From: an uncultured virus (IMG/VR IMGVR_UViG_3300000439_000022)
Lineage: Duplodnaviria; Heunggongvirae; Uroviricota; Caudoviricetes
DNA: 64,000 nucleotides
Direction: 5' to 3' (one strand)
Virus record (IMG/VR): IMGVR_UViG_3300000439_000022
Positions within the stretch are counted from its first letter, which is position 1. Each line of letters begins with the position of its first letter. The translations under genes were made by a program, and so were the position numbers. The notes under the pieces were generated by a model. It searched no databases. It was not told the DNA's origin and worked only from the letters and a program-made list of their open reading frames with translations. This document shows positions 10,181 through 19,598 of this stretch, piece by piece.

Positions 10181-11068
10181 ATGGAAAAATCATTAAATAG
10201 AATATGTAAAACTTGTGATAAAGTTTTAAAATATAAATCAATTGAAAGTTTTAAATGTTCTGAGAAAGAAGGAACAGAATGTAGGAGCTGCTCAACAAAA
10301 AAATATGTTAAAAGAATTGGTGATGCGAATTATTTGTTAACTGATAATTTAGATACTTATTATTGGGTTGGTTTTATATTAGCTGATGGTCACATCGAAG
10401 ATGGACGGTTATCCATTACCTTATCAGGTAAAGATAAAGAACATTTAAATAAATTATCTGAACATTTATATGTTAAAACACAAGATAAAATTAATAATAA
10501 AAAATATTCGGCTTGCATACTTTCCTTAATGCATAAAGATATTATAAATATTTTTGTTGATCGTTTTGATATTAAATCAAATAAAACTATAAATCCACCA
10601 AATATAAATGTTTTCAAAAACTTGGATTTTGATAAATTATTTAGTATATTTATTGGGTTTACTGATGGTGATGGAAATATTCGTAAATTACATAATAGAT
10701 GCGATTTTCATATAAGAATTAAAACGCATAAAAATTGGTTGCCTGTTTTAGATTATTTTAATAATGTTTTGGATTTAGGTGGACATACAAGAATTAATAA
10801 ATTGGGATATGCTACTTTAGAAATTAGTAATAGTGTATTTTGTAAAAAAATTAAAGAAAAGGCTATTGGTTATAATTTACCTTTCTTGGAAAGAAAATGG
10901 TCTGAAATTGATTTATCCTTTGTTGGTAGAAATGAAAAAGCTGATCAGAATAAAATTGCTATTTTTAGAATGTTAAATGAGGGTTTATCACATAAAGAAA
11001 TTTATAAAAAATTGAATATAAGTAAATCATCCTATTATCAATTAATTAAAAGAAATAATATATGTTAA
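10181..11068 (+). CDS. double-motif LAGLIDADG homing endonuclease with C-terminal HTH
   Basis: YWVGFILADG and FIGFTDGDG motifs. Confidence 0.88.
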   Translation: MEKSLNRICKTCDKVLKYKSIESFKCSEKEGTECRSCSTKKYVKRIGDANYLLTDNLDTYYWVGFILADGHIEDGRLSITLSGKDKEHLNKLSEHLYVKTQDKINNKKYSACILSLMHKDIINIFVDRFDIKSNKTINPPNINVFKNLDFDKLFSIFIGFTDGDGNIRKLHNRCDFHIRIKTHKNWLPVLDYFNNVLDLGGHTRINKLGYATLEISNSVFCKKIKEKAIGYNLPFLERKWSEIDLSFVGRNEKADQNKIAIFRMLNEGLSHKEIYKKLNISKSSYYQLIKRNNIC

Positions 11069-11679
11069 AATTTAAAACAAATACGTCCGAGGCTTCTGCA
11101 AGAAATTTGTGGTTTACCTCGGACACGTGAACACATTATTCTCATAAAAACTTAATTAAAAGCTTAACGACTTGGGAACGTGGTGCCATTCGTGATTTTC
11201 AATCATTGGATGAACATAATCAAACACTTGTTAAGAATATTAATAATACGGTAAAATATGATGATGTTTTATTCATTCTTGGTGATATTGCGTTCGGTGG
11301 TTTTGAAAACGTAAGAAAATTTATGGATCAAATACATTGTCAAGAAAGATATTTGATATTGGGTAATCATGACTCACATATAAAGAATAATCGTGATAAT
11401 TTACAAAATTGCTTCACAAAAGTTTCTAAACAAGAAGATGTTATTATAGATGATGACTTATTCGTTTTATTCCATTATCCTATTCTTGAATGGGAAGCGT
11501 GTCATAAAGGGAGTTATCATCTATATGGTCATCAACATAATTTGCCACAAAACCGTTTTAGCAACGGAAATGGTAGGACGATGGATTGCGGTCTTGACGG
11601 ACATCCAGAATTTCGTCCATACCATTACAATGAAATTATTGAACTACTCAAAAAAAGAGAGATAAAGGTTCATCATTAA
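11062..11679 (+). CDS. calcineurin-like metallophosphoesterase with an in-frame TGA at 11128-11130
   Basis: WFTSDT*THY, LGD, LGNHD, HYP and LYGHQH are all in one frame. Confidence 0.8.
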
Positions 11680-11729
11680 TTTGCTTTTATCAAACCATTT
11701 GATTACTATTGTATTGTAAATAAATATAA

Positions 11730-12518
11730 ATGCGTAAAAAGTTAAGATACGATCTCACACCACCATATGCTATCGAGCAGCTTGCTGAAGTTATGACATA
11801 TGGGTCTGAAAAACATGGTGACAGAACTTGGGAAAACGGTAGAAAGTGGTCAGATGTATTGGCCTGTGCAGAGAGGCATATCAATGCTATAAAACGTGGT
11901 GAGGATTTTGATAAAGAAACAGGTCTTTTGCATTCATCTATGGCAATGACACAACTTGCCTTCCTCACCGAATATTACAAAATATACCCACAAGGTGATG
12001 ACCGAAGACATAGATTCCTTAAACCACCAAAAATTGGTCTCGATATTGACGATACAATAAATAATTTTATTGAGTATTATTGTGATTGGTTTCATTTAGA
12101 TAAACCTCATTTCTGGAGTTTTGATAGAAAAATGGCGGAAAATTTAAAAAAATTAGATAATAATAAAGAATTTTGGTTAAATATACCTCCTAAAATAGAT
12201 CCAAAGTCTTTAGGTTTTTCACCAGATTGCTATATAACAGCCAGATCTATAAGACAAGATTGGACTGAAGAATGGTTAAGTAAATATGGATTTCCATCAG
12301 TCCCTGTTTTTAGTGTTGGCTATGGAAAATCTAAAGTTGATATTGCAAAAAATGAAAATATTGATTTTTTTATTGATGATAGATTTGAAAATTTTGTTGA
12401 ACTAAATGAAAATGGTATTTGTTGTTTTTTATTCGATGCCTTACATAATAAAAAGTATGATGTTGGTTATCGTAGAATTATGGATTTTAATGATTTCGTT
12501 AATAGATTTATAAAATAG
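11730..12518 (+). CDS. DUF5664-like dATP/dGTP diphosphohydrolase fused to a HAD 5'-nucleotidase
   Basis: YGSEKHGDRTW..G...D.ETGLLH, then LDIDDT, YITAR, K and FIDD motifs. Confidence 0.75.
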   Translation: MRKKLRYDLTPPYAIEQLAEVMTYGSEKHGDRTWENGRKWSDVLACAERHINAIKRGEDFDKETGLLHSSMAMTQLAFLTEYYKIYPQGDDRRHRFLKPPKIGLDIDDTINNFIEYYCDWFHLDKPHFWSFDRKMAENLKKLDNNKEFWLNIPPKIDPKSLGFSPDCYITARSIRQDWTEEWLSKYGFPSVPVFSVGYGKSKVDIAKNENIDFFIDDRFENFVELNENGICCFLFDALHNKKYDVGYRRIMDFNDFVNRFIK

Positions 12519-12554
12519 GATTAGATTTACAAAATGTTTTAACTATTAGATAAA

Positions 12555-12791
12555 GTGAATAATCAAAAATTGAAATGTATAAAAAAAGAAGTATTTCTTA
12601 TTAAAGATGGTGAAAAAATAAAGAGATTTGATTCATTGTTAGAATGTGCTAAACAATTTAAAATCTCACCAAGTCATCTATCTAAAATGATTAAACAAAA
12701 TAAATTAATAAATGGTTTATTATTTGTTTTAGGTGAATCTTCTTTTAAAGAAACTCCATATAAAGGAAAATCAAATTTTATAAATAAATAA
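12555..12791 (+). CDS. small NUMOD1-like HTH protein
   Basis: FDSLLECAKQFKIS pattern. Confidence 0.45.
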   Translation: MNNQKLKCIKKEVFLIKDGEKIKRFDSLLECAKQFKISPSHLSKMIKQNKLINGLLFVLGESSFKETPYKGKSNFINK

Positions 12792-12800
12792 ATTAATAAT

Positions 12801-13067
12801 ATGACACGTCAATAAGTTTATGAGGCAATCGATGGTGAGCGGAACTATCAAGAAGCGATGAGTAAAAACAAGTACCGCCCAGACATTATAAAAGATTTTC
12901 ATCTTGGAGATGCATTATCAGCAATCCAACATAATCTTAACAAAGCACATGAAACATGGTACAAAGGTTCTGACCCACATACTAACACCATGGAGCTTTT
13001 CAGAAAAATATCGGCACTATGTGTTGCTCAAATGGAAAAATATGGCGTTGATAAACGTATTGAATAA
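12801..13067 (+). pseudogene. small helical phage protein with a premature TAA at codon 5
   Basis: MTRQ*VYEAIDGERNYQ is in frame with ORF 12858..13067. Confidence 0.65.
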
Positions 13068-13091
13068 TAAAATAAATAAAAATTAAAATTT

Positions 13092-13799
13092 ATGCAAGAA
13101 CAAATTAATGTGGTTGACACAGAAAAAAAATTAAATCAAACCGAAATTGTTGTTATATTGGATCGTTCAGGTTCAATGTCAAGTATTGCTAAAGCAACTG
13201 TTGAGAACTTTAATAAGTTTTTAAACGAACAAAAAAATGCTGAAGGTGAAGCATTTGTAACTTTGGTGCAATTTGATGACAGATATGAATTGAATTATAA
13301 ATCCACACCAATTAAAGACGTTAACGACTTAGTATATGGTGAAACCTATCAACCAAGGGGTTCAACAGCATTACACGATGCTATTGGTAAAACAATCAAT
13401 GAATTGGAAAAAACTGACCGTGATATCATTATGGTAATTATCACTGATGGTGAAGAAAACGCCAGTAGAGAATATAAAGGTAATGCTATCAAAAACATAA
13501 TCGAACAAAAAGAAAAGGATAACTGGAAATTTGTTTACCTGGGTGCAAATCAAGACGCTATTTCTGTTGGTGGCGCAATGGGTATGTCTGATAAAAGTAC
13601 TCTTAGTTGGGCTACAAATGATAATTCGATAGGTGCAACATATGCGGCATTCAGTTCTAATATAAGGTCATATAGAAGCGCTAAAACAGCTTCTTTAAAG
13701 AGCATGAGTGTTGGTGATGAAATAAATTTAAATGCTGTAATGGACAACCTTAAAGATGAATTAAATTTTACTGATAAACAAAGAAAAGAATCTAAATAA
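13092..13799 (+). CDS. vWA domain protein
   Basis: DRSGSM MIDAS motif, GSTALHDA and ITDGEEN. Confidence 0.9.
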   Translation: MQEQINVVDTEKKLNQTEIVVILDRSGSMSSIAKATVENFNKFLNEQKNAEGEAFVTLVQFDDRYELNYKSTPIKDVNDLVYGETYQPRGSTALHDAIGKTINELEKTDRDIIMVIITDGEENASREYKGNAIKNIIEQKEKDNWKFVYLGANQDAISVGGAMGMSDKSTLSWATNDNSIGATYAAFSSNIRSYRSAKTASLKSMSVGDEINLNAVMDNLKDELNFTDKQRKESK

Positions 13800-13800
13800 T

Positions 13801-14112
13801 ATGATAGAAATTAAATCGAAAGCTCAGCTTGATGAAGCTATAGCAAGCAATGACAAAGTTGTTGTTGACTTTTATGCACCATGGTGCGGTCCTTGCAAAA
13901 TGTTAACCCCATTGTTGGAAACAATGTCCAAGGAAAATAATGATGTTGCCTTCTTCAAGGTAAACGTTGATGAAAATGCTGAATTATCAGCAGAATATGG
14001 TATACAATCCATACCCCATGTATTCCTTATGAAAGGTGGTAAAACAATGGAACAATTCAAAGGAATTCAACCAAAGCCTAAGATTAATGAGATGATTAAC
14101 AATTTGAGATAA
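13801..14112 (+). CDS. trxA: thioredoxin
   Basis: WCGPC active site. Confidence 0.95.
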   Translation: MIEIKSKAQLDEAIASNDKVVVDFYAPWCGPCKMLTPLLETMSKENNDVAFFKVNVDENAELSAEYGIQSIPHVFLMKGGKTMEQFKGIQPKPKINEMINNLR

Positions 14113-14133
14113 TTTATCATTAATTAAATTTAT

Positions 14134-14170
14134 AAAACCACCTAAAAAAAATTAGGTGGTTTTTTGTTTT
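14134..14170 (+). terminator. intrinsic terminator
   Basis: AAAACCACCTAA / TTAGGTGGTTTT stem plus T-tract. Confidence 0.8.
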
Positions 14171-14187
14171 TTAAAATTATTATTGTA

Positions 14188-14229
14188 TTTATTATTTAGG
14201 GTACAAATATTTGTACCCTAAATAATAAA
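14188..14229. repeat. perfect 42-bp palindrome with no spacer
   Basis: TTTATTATTTAGGGTACAAAT|ATTTGTACCCTAAATAATAAA. Confidence 0.95.
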
Positions 14230-14232
14230 CTT

Positions 14233-15573
14233 ATGTCATACACAGCAATTGTAACAAGATTAAAAGATGTAAGGCCACATTCAAATGCGGATAAAGTGCA
14301 GTTGGCAACTTGCCATGGTAACCAAGTGGTTATTGGATTGGATTCTAAGGAATCTGAATGGGGTGTGTATTTTCCGTGTGACGGACAATTATCTGACGAA
14401 TTCTGTAAAGCCAATAATCTTTATAGGGATAATACTAAGAACAAAAATACTGAAGCTAAGCCAGGTATGTTTGATGATAACCGTAGGGTTAGGGCTCAAA
14501 AGTTTCGTGGTGAAATTTCAGATGGGTTTTGGGTTCCATTACACTATTTTGCATTCATTGAAATAACTGGTCTTGATGTGGAAGGTTACGAATTCGACAC
14601 TTGGAAAGGTGTACCTATCTGTAATAAATATGTTAATCCAGCAACTGTTAAAGCGGCTAAGGAGAATCAACCAAAGAAAGTTCGCAAAGCAAAAACATCT
14701 GAAATGTTCTTTGAACATATCGATACCAAACATATGATTGTTAACATTGATAAAATCGAACCAAACGATTTAATTATCATCACATCTAAGCAACATGGAA
14801 CATCTGGAAGGGTTGGTCACGTGTTGATTGACAGAAAGTTAACAACAATCGAAAAGATTGCAAAGTTTTTTGGTGCCAAAATCAAAGAAAAGGATTGGTC
14901 ATTTCTAAATGGAACAAGAAGGGTTGTTATTGAGGAAAGCTCAGGAACACAATTCCATGATCCAACAATTCGTGATAAAGCATTCAACCTATTTAAAGAC
15001 AACCTGAGAAAAGGTGAAACGGTATATTTTGAAATTGTTGGATATGAGTCACTTGGCAGACCAATTATGGGTATGGTGGATACAACAAAAATTGGTGACA
15101 AAAACTTCACCAAGTTGTATTCAAATGCTGGTGATAATAAACACATGATTTTCAAGTATGGTTGTGCTGACGGTCAATCAGACGTATTTGTTTACCGTAT
15201 GACAATGACAAATGAAGATGGTAAAATGGTTGACTACTCATGGGATGACGTTAAAAGACGTTGTTCTGAAATCGGTGTTAAACACTCACCAGAACTTGAC
15301 CGTTTTACGGTAAATGAATTTAAATTAAGACATAACATCACTGATGACCGTGATTTTAATGACAAATTCATTGAATATGTTAACCAAGTTTCAGATGGTG
15401 CCGACCCAACTGACTCAACACACTGGTCAGAAGGTTCATGTATCAGACTTGAATCAGGCCTTGCTGTTAGGATCTTCAAACATAAGAACTTCAACTTCAA
15501 AGTGTTAGAAGGAATTATTAAGGATTCTGGGTTTATTGACGAAGAGGAAGCACAATCTGAAGTCATAAATTAA
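14233..15573 (+). CDS. RNA ligase (DRB0094/Rnl5-like) with N-terminal OB-like domain
   Basis: HSNADK N-terminus, KQHGTS motif I, FEIVG, EG and FKHK motifs. Confidence 0.75.
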   Translation: MSYTAIVTRLKDVRPHSNADKVQLATCHGNQVVIGLDSKESEWGVYFPCDGQLSDEFCKANNLYRDNTKNKNTEAKPGMFDDNRRVRAQKFRGEISDGFWVPLHYFAFIEITGLDVEGYEFDTWKGVPICNKYVNPATVKAAKENQPKKVRKAKTSEMFFEHIDTKHMIVNIDKIEPNDLIIITSKQHGTSGRVGHVLIDRKLTTIEKIAKFFGAKIKEKDWSFLNGTRRVVIEESSGTQFHDPTIRDKAFNLFKDNLRKGETVYFEIVGYESLGRPIMGMVDTTKIGDKNFTKLYSNAGDNKHMIFKYGCADGQSDVFVYRMTMTNEDGKMVDYSWDDVKRRCSEIGVKHSPELDRFTVNEFKLRHNITDDRDFNDKFIEYVNQVSDGADPTDSTHWSEGSCIRLESGLAVRIFKHKNFNFKVLEGIIKDSGFIDEEEAQSEVIN

Positions 15574-15594
15574 CAAAAAAAATATGTAATAATT

Positions 15595-15639
15595 GGAGTT
15601 CCTTTACTAATTATATATAGTAGGGGAATTCCTATTTTT
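15595..15639 (+). terminator. probable intrinsic terminator
   Basis: GGAGTTCCTTTACTA / TAGTAGGGGAATTCC stem followed by TATTTTT. Confidence 0.55.
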
Positions 15640-15672
15640 ATATATAATAAGACATATTTTATATTTGTTAAT

Positions 15673-16245
15673 ATGAGTAAAAGTAAGCAAGAAGATTTAG
15701 ATATTGAAGAGCCTTCCAGGGAAATTGTGTTATTTGGTGACATTGATAAGGAAATTGTTGCTGAAGCTGCTAATCTCATATTAATAATTAATGAATATGA
15801 TACAAAAATGGAGAAGGCTGATTCTAAATATGAGAGAATGCCGATAAATTTCCATTTATGTAGTGAGGGTGGTGATGTAGCTGCTGGTGGTGCAATTATT
15901 GGGGTAATAGAGTCATCTAAAACCCCTGTTCATATTTGGTGTTATGGTTCTATTATGTCAATAGCTTTGAATATTGCTGTATCAGGACATTATGTAAAAG
16001 CGCATAGGATGTGTAGATTTATGTATCATGAAACAAGTCTTATCGGAGAGATAAACTCTACCTTGACTACTATGAGTAGTGACCTGAAGGAAAACATGGC
16101 ATTGGATCAATTATATGATGACCATTTGATTGAGAGAACCAAGTTGAGCAGAAGAAAGATGACTTTAGCAAAGAAGATGAAGACAGATTGGTACTTTGGA
16201 GCTGATGAGGCATTGAGGTATGGAATAATTAACGAAATTTTCTAA
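15673..16245 (+). CDS. ClpP-like protease subunit
   Basis: SEGGDV, MSIA, FMYH and DWYFGADEAL..G motifs. Confidence 0.85.
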   Translation: MSKSKQEDLDIEEPSREIVLFGDIDKEIVAEAANLILIINEYDTKMEKADSKYERMPINFHLCSEGGDVAAGGAIIGVIESSKTPVHIWCYGSIMSIALNIAVSGHYVKAHRMCRFMYHETSLIGEINSTLTTMSSDLKENMALDQLYDDHLIERTKLSRRKMTLAKKMKTDWYFGADEALRYGIINEIF

Positions 16246-16250
16246 AAAAA

Positions 16251-16282
16251 TTTGGTTGTTAATTATTTAATGCTTATTTTTG
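16251..16282 (+). promoter_or_regulatory. Bacteroidota sigma70-type promoter (example)
   Basis: TTTG-N20-TATTTTTG. Confidence 0.7.
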
Positions 16283-16298
16283 TAAAAAATTATAAGCG

Positions 16299-17264
16299 AT
16301 GACAGATGTATTAAATCTGGTTAACCCTACAAATAGTATAAAATATGAAATTAGCCGTTTCCCAGACGGTCAGCAGTCATTAAGACTGATAGAAGAAAAT
16401 ATACATACATTCTACGGTATTACAAATCAAACAATACCTATCAAAATTAAATCCAGATTGAATAATTTTCAGGATCTGGAACTTATTATTTGTGCCACAC
16501 AAGCTCTTCGTGGTATAGGTGTAAAATCAATTGAATTATACATTCCATATTGTATGGGTGCCAGAAGTGACAGAAAGTTCATGGAAGGTGGTATTAATTA
16601 CGTTAAACACGTTATTGCTCCTATTATCAATTCTCAAAATTACGAGTCCGTTACTGTGGTTGATCCTCATTCAGATGTGCTTGAGGCATGTATAAATAAC
16701 TTCAAAAAAATTGATAACACTGAGTTGGCACGTTTTGCTTTATCTGATTATCTCAGAACGCAAATCCAGGATGGAAAATTTACCGATGGGGATAAAATAG
16801 CTCTAAATTATGACAATGTTCGTTTTATATCTCCTGATGCTGGTGCTTTGAAAAAAGTATTTCATGTGGCAGAAGCTTTGAAATACAAAAATGAGGTAAT
16901 CATTGCTTCAAAACATCGTAATCTTGATACTGGTAAGATTGATTACACAAATGTTCACATGTCAGTAACAGATGCTGACAAAGATTTCTTTATTTTTGAT
17001 GATATTTGTGATGGTGGTAGAACGTTTATTGAAATTGCAAAAACAATCCAAGAACGTAGAAATTTATCAAGTTCGGTACAACCAAAAGATTACGGCAATA
17101 TTTACTTGGTGGTAACACATGGTATATTTAGTGCTGGTTTATCTGAACTAAGTAAATACTTTACAAAAATCTATTGCACGAATAGTGTTAAAGATAAAGC
17201 TGATATCAATTTTTCAGATATTACCATTAAAGAAGATTTCATTCAACAATTAAATGTTTTTTAA
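16299..17264 (+). CDS. ribose-phosphate pyrophosphokinase-like protein (Prs/Adps candidate)
   Basis: FPDGQ, PY..ARSDR, DPHS, SPDAGA, DDICDGGRTF and VTHG motifs. Confidence 0.9.
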   Translation: MTDVLNLVNPTNSIKYEISRFPDGQQSLRLIEENIHTFYGITNQTIPIKIKSRLNNFQDLELIICATQALRGIGVKSIELYIPYCMGARSDRKFMEGGINYVKHVIAPIINSQNYESVTVVDPHSDVLEACINNFKKIDNTELARFALSDYLRTQIQDGKFTDGDKIALNYDNVRFISPDAGALKKVFHVAEALKYKNEVIIASKHRNLDTGKIDYTNVHMSVTDADKDFFIFDDICDGGRTFIEIAKTIQERRNLSSSVQPKDYGNIYLVVTHGIFSAGLSELSKYFTKIYCTNSVKDKADINFSDITIKEDFIQQLNVF

Positions 17265-17266
17265 AA

Positions 17267-17830
17267 ATGGGTTGCGATATTCATATGTACGTTGAGTACA
17301 CTAATAGAGAAAAATATAATAAATACAATCAGGATATAAAATACTCATCACCTGAAGAAATCAAAAATATTCAGAAACCATATTGGTATTCTTTCGGTGG
17401 TAAATTCAACCCTGGTAGAAATTATGCTATGTTTGGTATTTTATGTGATGGTGTTAGATGTTCTTTTGCAGAATCATTTTCAGCTAAGGGTTTACCACCT
17501 TTGGATGAACTTGGTTTTTATTCAAAGATTGATGCGTATATGTATATTACCGAAGATGGTAAAGGTGAAAATGAATGTACTCTTGAACAGGCCGAAAGAT
17601 GGGGTAATGAAATTATTAAAGATAATTTTGGTAAAACAAGATATACATCACAACCAGATTGGCATTCATTTTCTTGGCTTACAACTCAGGAATTTGCGAA
17701 GGCAATCAAAATCCATGATAAATTGGATACTTTTAATATTGCTATTGAATATCGTGCTATTCTTGCCGCAATGAAGATGCTTGAGAAGGGCAATAATATT
17801 GCCAGAATAGTTTTTTGGTTTGATAATTAA
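17267..17830 (+). CDS. hypothetical phage protein
   Basis: MGCDIH...RIVFWFDN. Confidence 0.65.
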   Translation: MGCDIHMYVEYTNREKYNKYNQDIKYSSPEEIKNIQKPYWYSFGGKFNPGRNYAMFGILCDGVRCSFAESFSAKGLPPLDELGFYSKIDAYMYITEDGKGENECTLEQAERWGNEIIKDNFGKTRYTSQPDWHSFSWLTTQEFAKAIKIHDKLDTFNIAIEYRAILAAMKMLEKGNNIARIVFWFDN

Positions 17831-17833
17831 TTT

Positions 17834-18244
17834 ATGAATAAATTGGAAACAAAATCTTTGGTTGTTAAACAATCAACCATACCTAATGCTGGTAATGGTT
17901 TATTTGCCAAAAGATTTTTTAAGAAAGATAGTATAATTGGATACTTCAAAGGTAATATAATATCGAATGAGGAAGTTAATTCTATAAACGATTCTGGACA
18001 TATTAAAAGATATTATTTAGTTGAACTTGATGATTATAAAACATTGGATACATATGATTATCAATCACCTGTAATTTATGCAAATGATGCTGAAGGGTTG
18101 ACCAAAATTGATGGATTTGCAAATAATTCTTCTATTGGTATAACAAAAAATAGAAGTAGAGCATATATTTACGCAACAAAAGATATACCTGTTGGTTCAG
18201 AAATATTCTTAGAATATGGAGAAGATTATTGGTTAAATTTATAA
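17834..18244 (+). CDS. SET domain protein
   Basis: AGNGLFA, YAND and ATKDIPVGSEIFLEYG motifs. Confidence 0.85.
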   Translation: MNKLETKSLVVKQSTIPNAGNGLFAKRFFKKDSIIGYFKGNIISNEEVNSINDSGHIKRYYLVELDDYKTLDTYDYQSPVIYANDAEGLTKIDGFANNSSIGITKNRSRAYIYATKDIPVGSEIFLEYGEDYWLNL

Positions 18245-18255
18245 AAACATAAAAT

Positions 18256-18582
18256 ATGAAAACACTTTTATTTATTCCCTTGTTGTTTATAACAATATTA
18301 TGTTATTCACAATCAAAACTTGCCGTTCCAAATGCATTTACACCAAATAATGATAATGTGAATGATAGATTCAAAATCGTGAATTTAACATCAGAGAAAA
18401 TATTAGATTTCTGCGTGTTTAACCGTTCTGGTAGATTGATATATCGATCAACAGATAATTCTGGTTGGGATGGCTCCTATAATGGTATTCTTCAAGATAT
18501 GGGTTCATATTACTATCAAATCCGATATACATCTAATGATAGTTTATATATGTTAAAAGGTAATGTAATTCTAATACGATAA
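18256..18582 (+). CDS. stand-alone T9SS type B sorting domain (CHU_C) with signal peptide
   Basis: Signal peptide, then VPNAFTPNNDNVND, FNRSG, WDG, G.YYY and KG.V.LIR. Confidence 0.85.
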   Translation: MKTLLFIPLLFITILCYSQSKLAVPNAFTPNNDNVNDRFKIVNLTSEKILDFCVFNRSGRLIYRSTDNSGWDGSYNGILQDMGSYYYQIRYTSNDSLYMLKGNVILIR

Positions 18583-18732
18583 ATAAAAATATAACGATAA
18601 TATATCAAAGTCCTTTATGATGGAAGAAAATATAAAATTTGGTGGCGGTTCATGGACATGCAAAAATGTGGTATGACTATATATAGTTCGAGCATAATTC
18701 ACGATTGTAAACCTTTATTTAAAAATGAAAAT

Positions 18733-18852
18733 ATGGAAACATTTAATTATGAGTATGATCCTAATATGGAAAGATACATTTCAAGATTAGTTAAGGAATG
18801 GAAGGAACATAAAAAAATTATTTTATGCGTTGACTTTGACGATCAAGGGTAG
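18733..18852 (+). pseudogene. truncated N-terminal copy of the HAD gene at 19599
   Basis: METFNYEYDPNMERYISRLVKEWKEHKKIILCVDFDDQG* closely matches the start of 19599..20048. Confidence 0.88.
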
Positions 18853-18883
18853 AATTTTGTCCTTTTCCCATATATTTATTGTT

Positions 18884-19594
18884 ATGAAAGCAATATATGG
18901 AATAGTAAACAAAATCAACGGTCATAAATATGTGGGATCGGCTGTAAACTTTTATAAACGTAAAACAATACATTTACGACAATTAAAAAAAGAAATACAC
19001 CATTCCGACTATCTGCAAAGAGCCTGGACTAAATATGGTGAGGATAATTTTGAATTTATCATACTTGAAAAGGTCGATAAAAAAGAGGATTTATTGATTC
19101 GTGAACAATGGTGGATCGATAACTCAAACAGCGAATATAATGTTTGTAAAGTTGCTGGCAGTTCGTTAGGCGTTAAACGTAGTGATGAAACAAAGGAAAA
19201 ATGTCGATTGGCACATCTTGGTGAAAAACACCCAGAATGGCGAAGAAAATTAAAATCCGAAGCACAAGGTGGTGAGAAACATTGGCAGTATGGTAAAAAA
19301 ATGCCAGATGAAGTTAAACAAAAAAAATCGGAAAGTATGAAAAAGTTTTTTAAAACAAACACACATCCAATGAAAGGTAAAAAAAGTACTTTAACTGAAC
19401 AAAGCAAAGAATCAATGATTGATAAATTATCAATACCAATTCAACAATATACTAAAGAAGGTGAATATATACGAGATTGGAAAAGTGCAAAAGAGGCTGG
19501 AACTGAATTAAATATATTTCCCACAAACATTACAACTTGTTTGAAGGGTAAAGTTAAAACCGCTGGAAAATTTATTTGGAAATATAAAAATTAA
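18884..19594 (+). CDS. GIY-YIG homing endonuclease with NUMOD3/NUMOD1 domains
   Basis: AIYGI...YVGS..R...H...E..N; AGSSLG.KRSDETKEK; WKSAKEA; ATG at 18884 is the likely start. Confidence 0.9.
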   Translation: MKAIYGIVNKINGHKYVGSAVNFYKRKTIHLRQLKKEIHHSDYLQRAWTKYGEDNFEFIILEKVDKKEDLLIREQWWIDNSNSEYNVCKVAGSSLGVKRSDETKEKCRLAHLGEKHPEWRRKLKSEAQGGEKHWQYGKKMPDEVKQKKSESMKKFFKTNTHPMKGKKSTLTEQSKESMIDKLSIPIQQYTKEGEYIRDWKSAKEAGTELNIFPTNITTCLKGKVKTAGKFIWKYKN

Positions 19595-19598
19595 TACT

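Noticed and set aside
10130..11136. Group I or II intron around the LAGLIDADG ORF
   Set aside because: Only ~50-70 nt flank the ORF. There is no terminal G at a frame-restoring junction and no GTGYG start.
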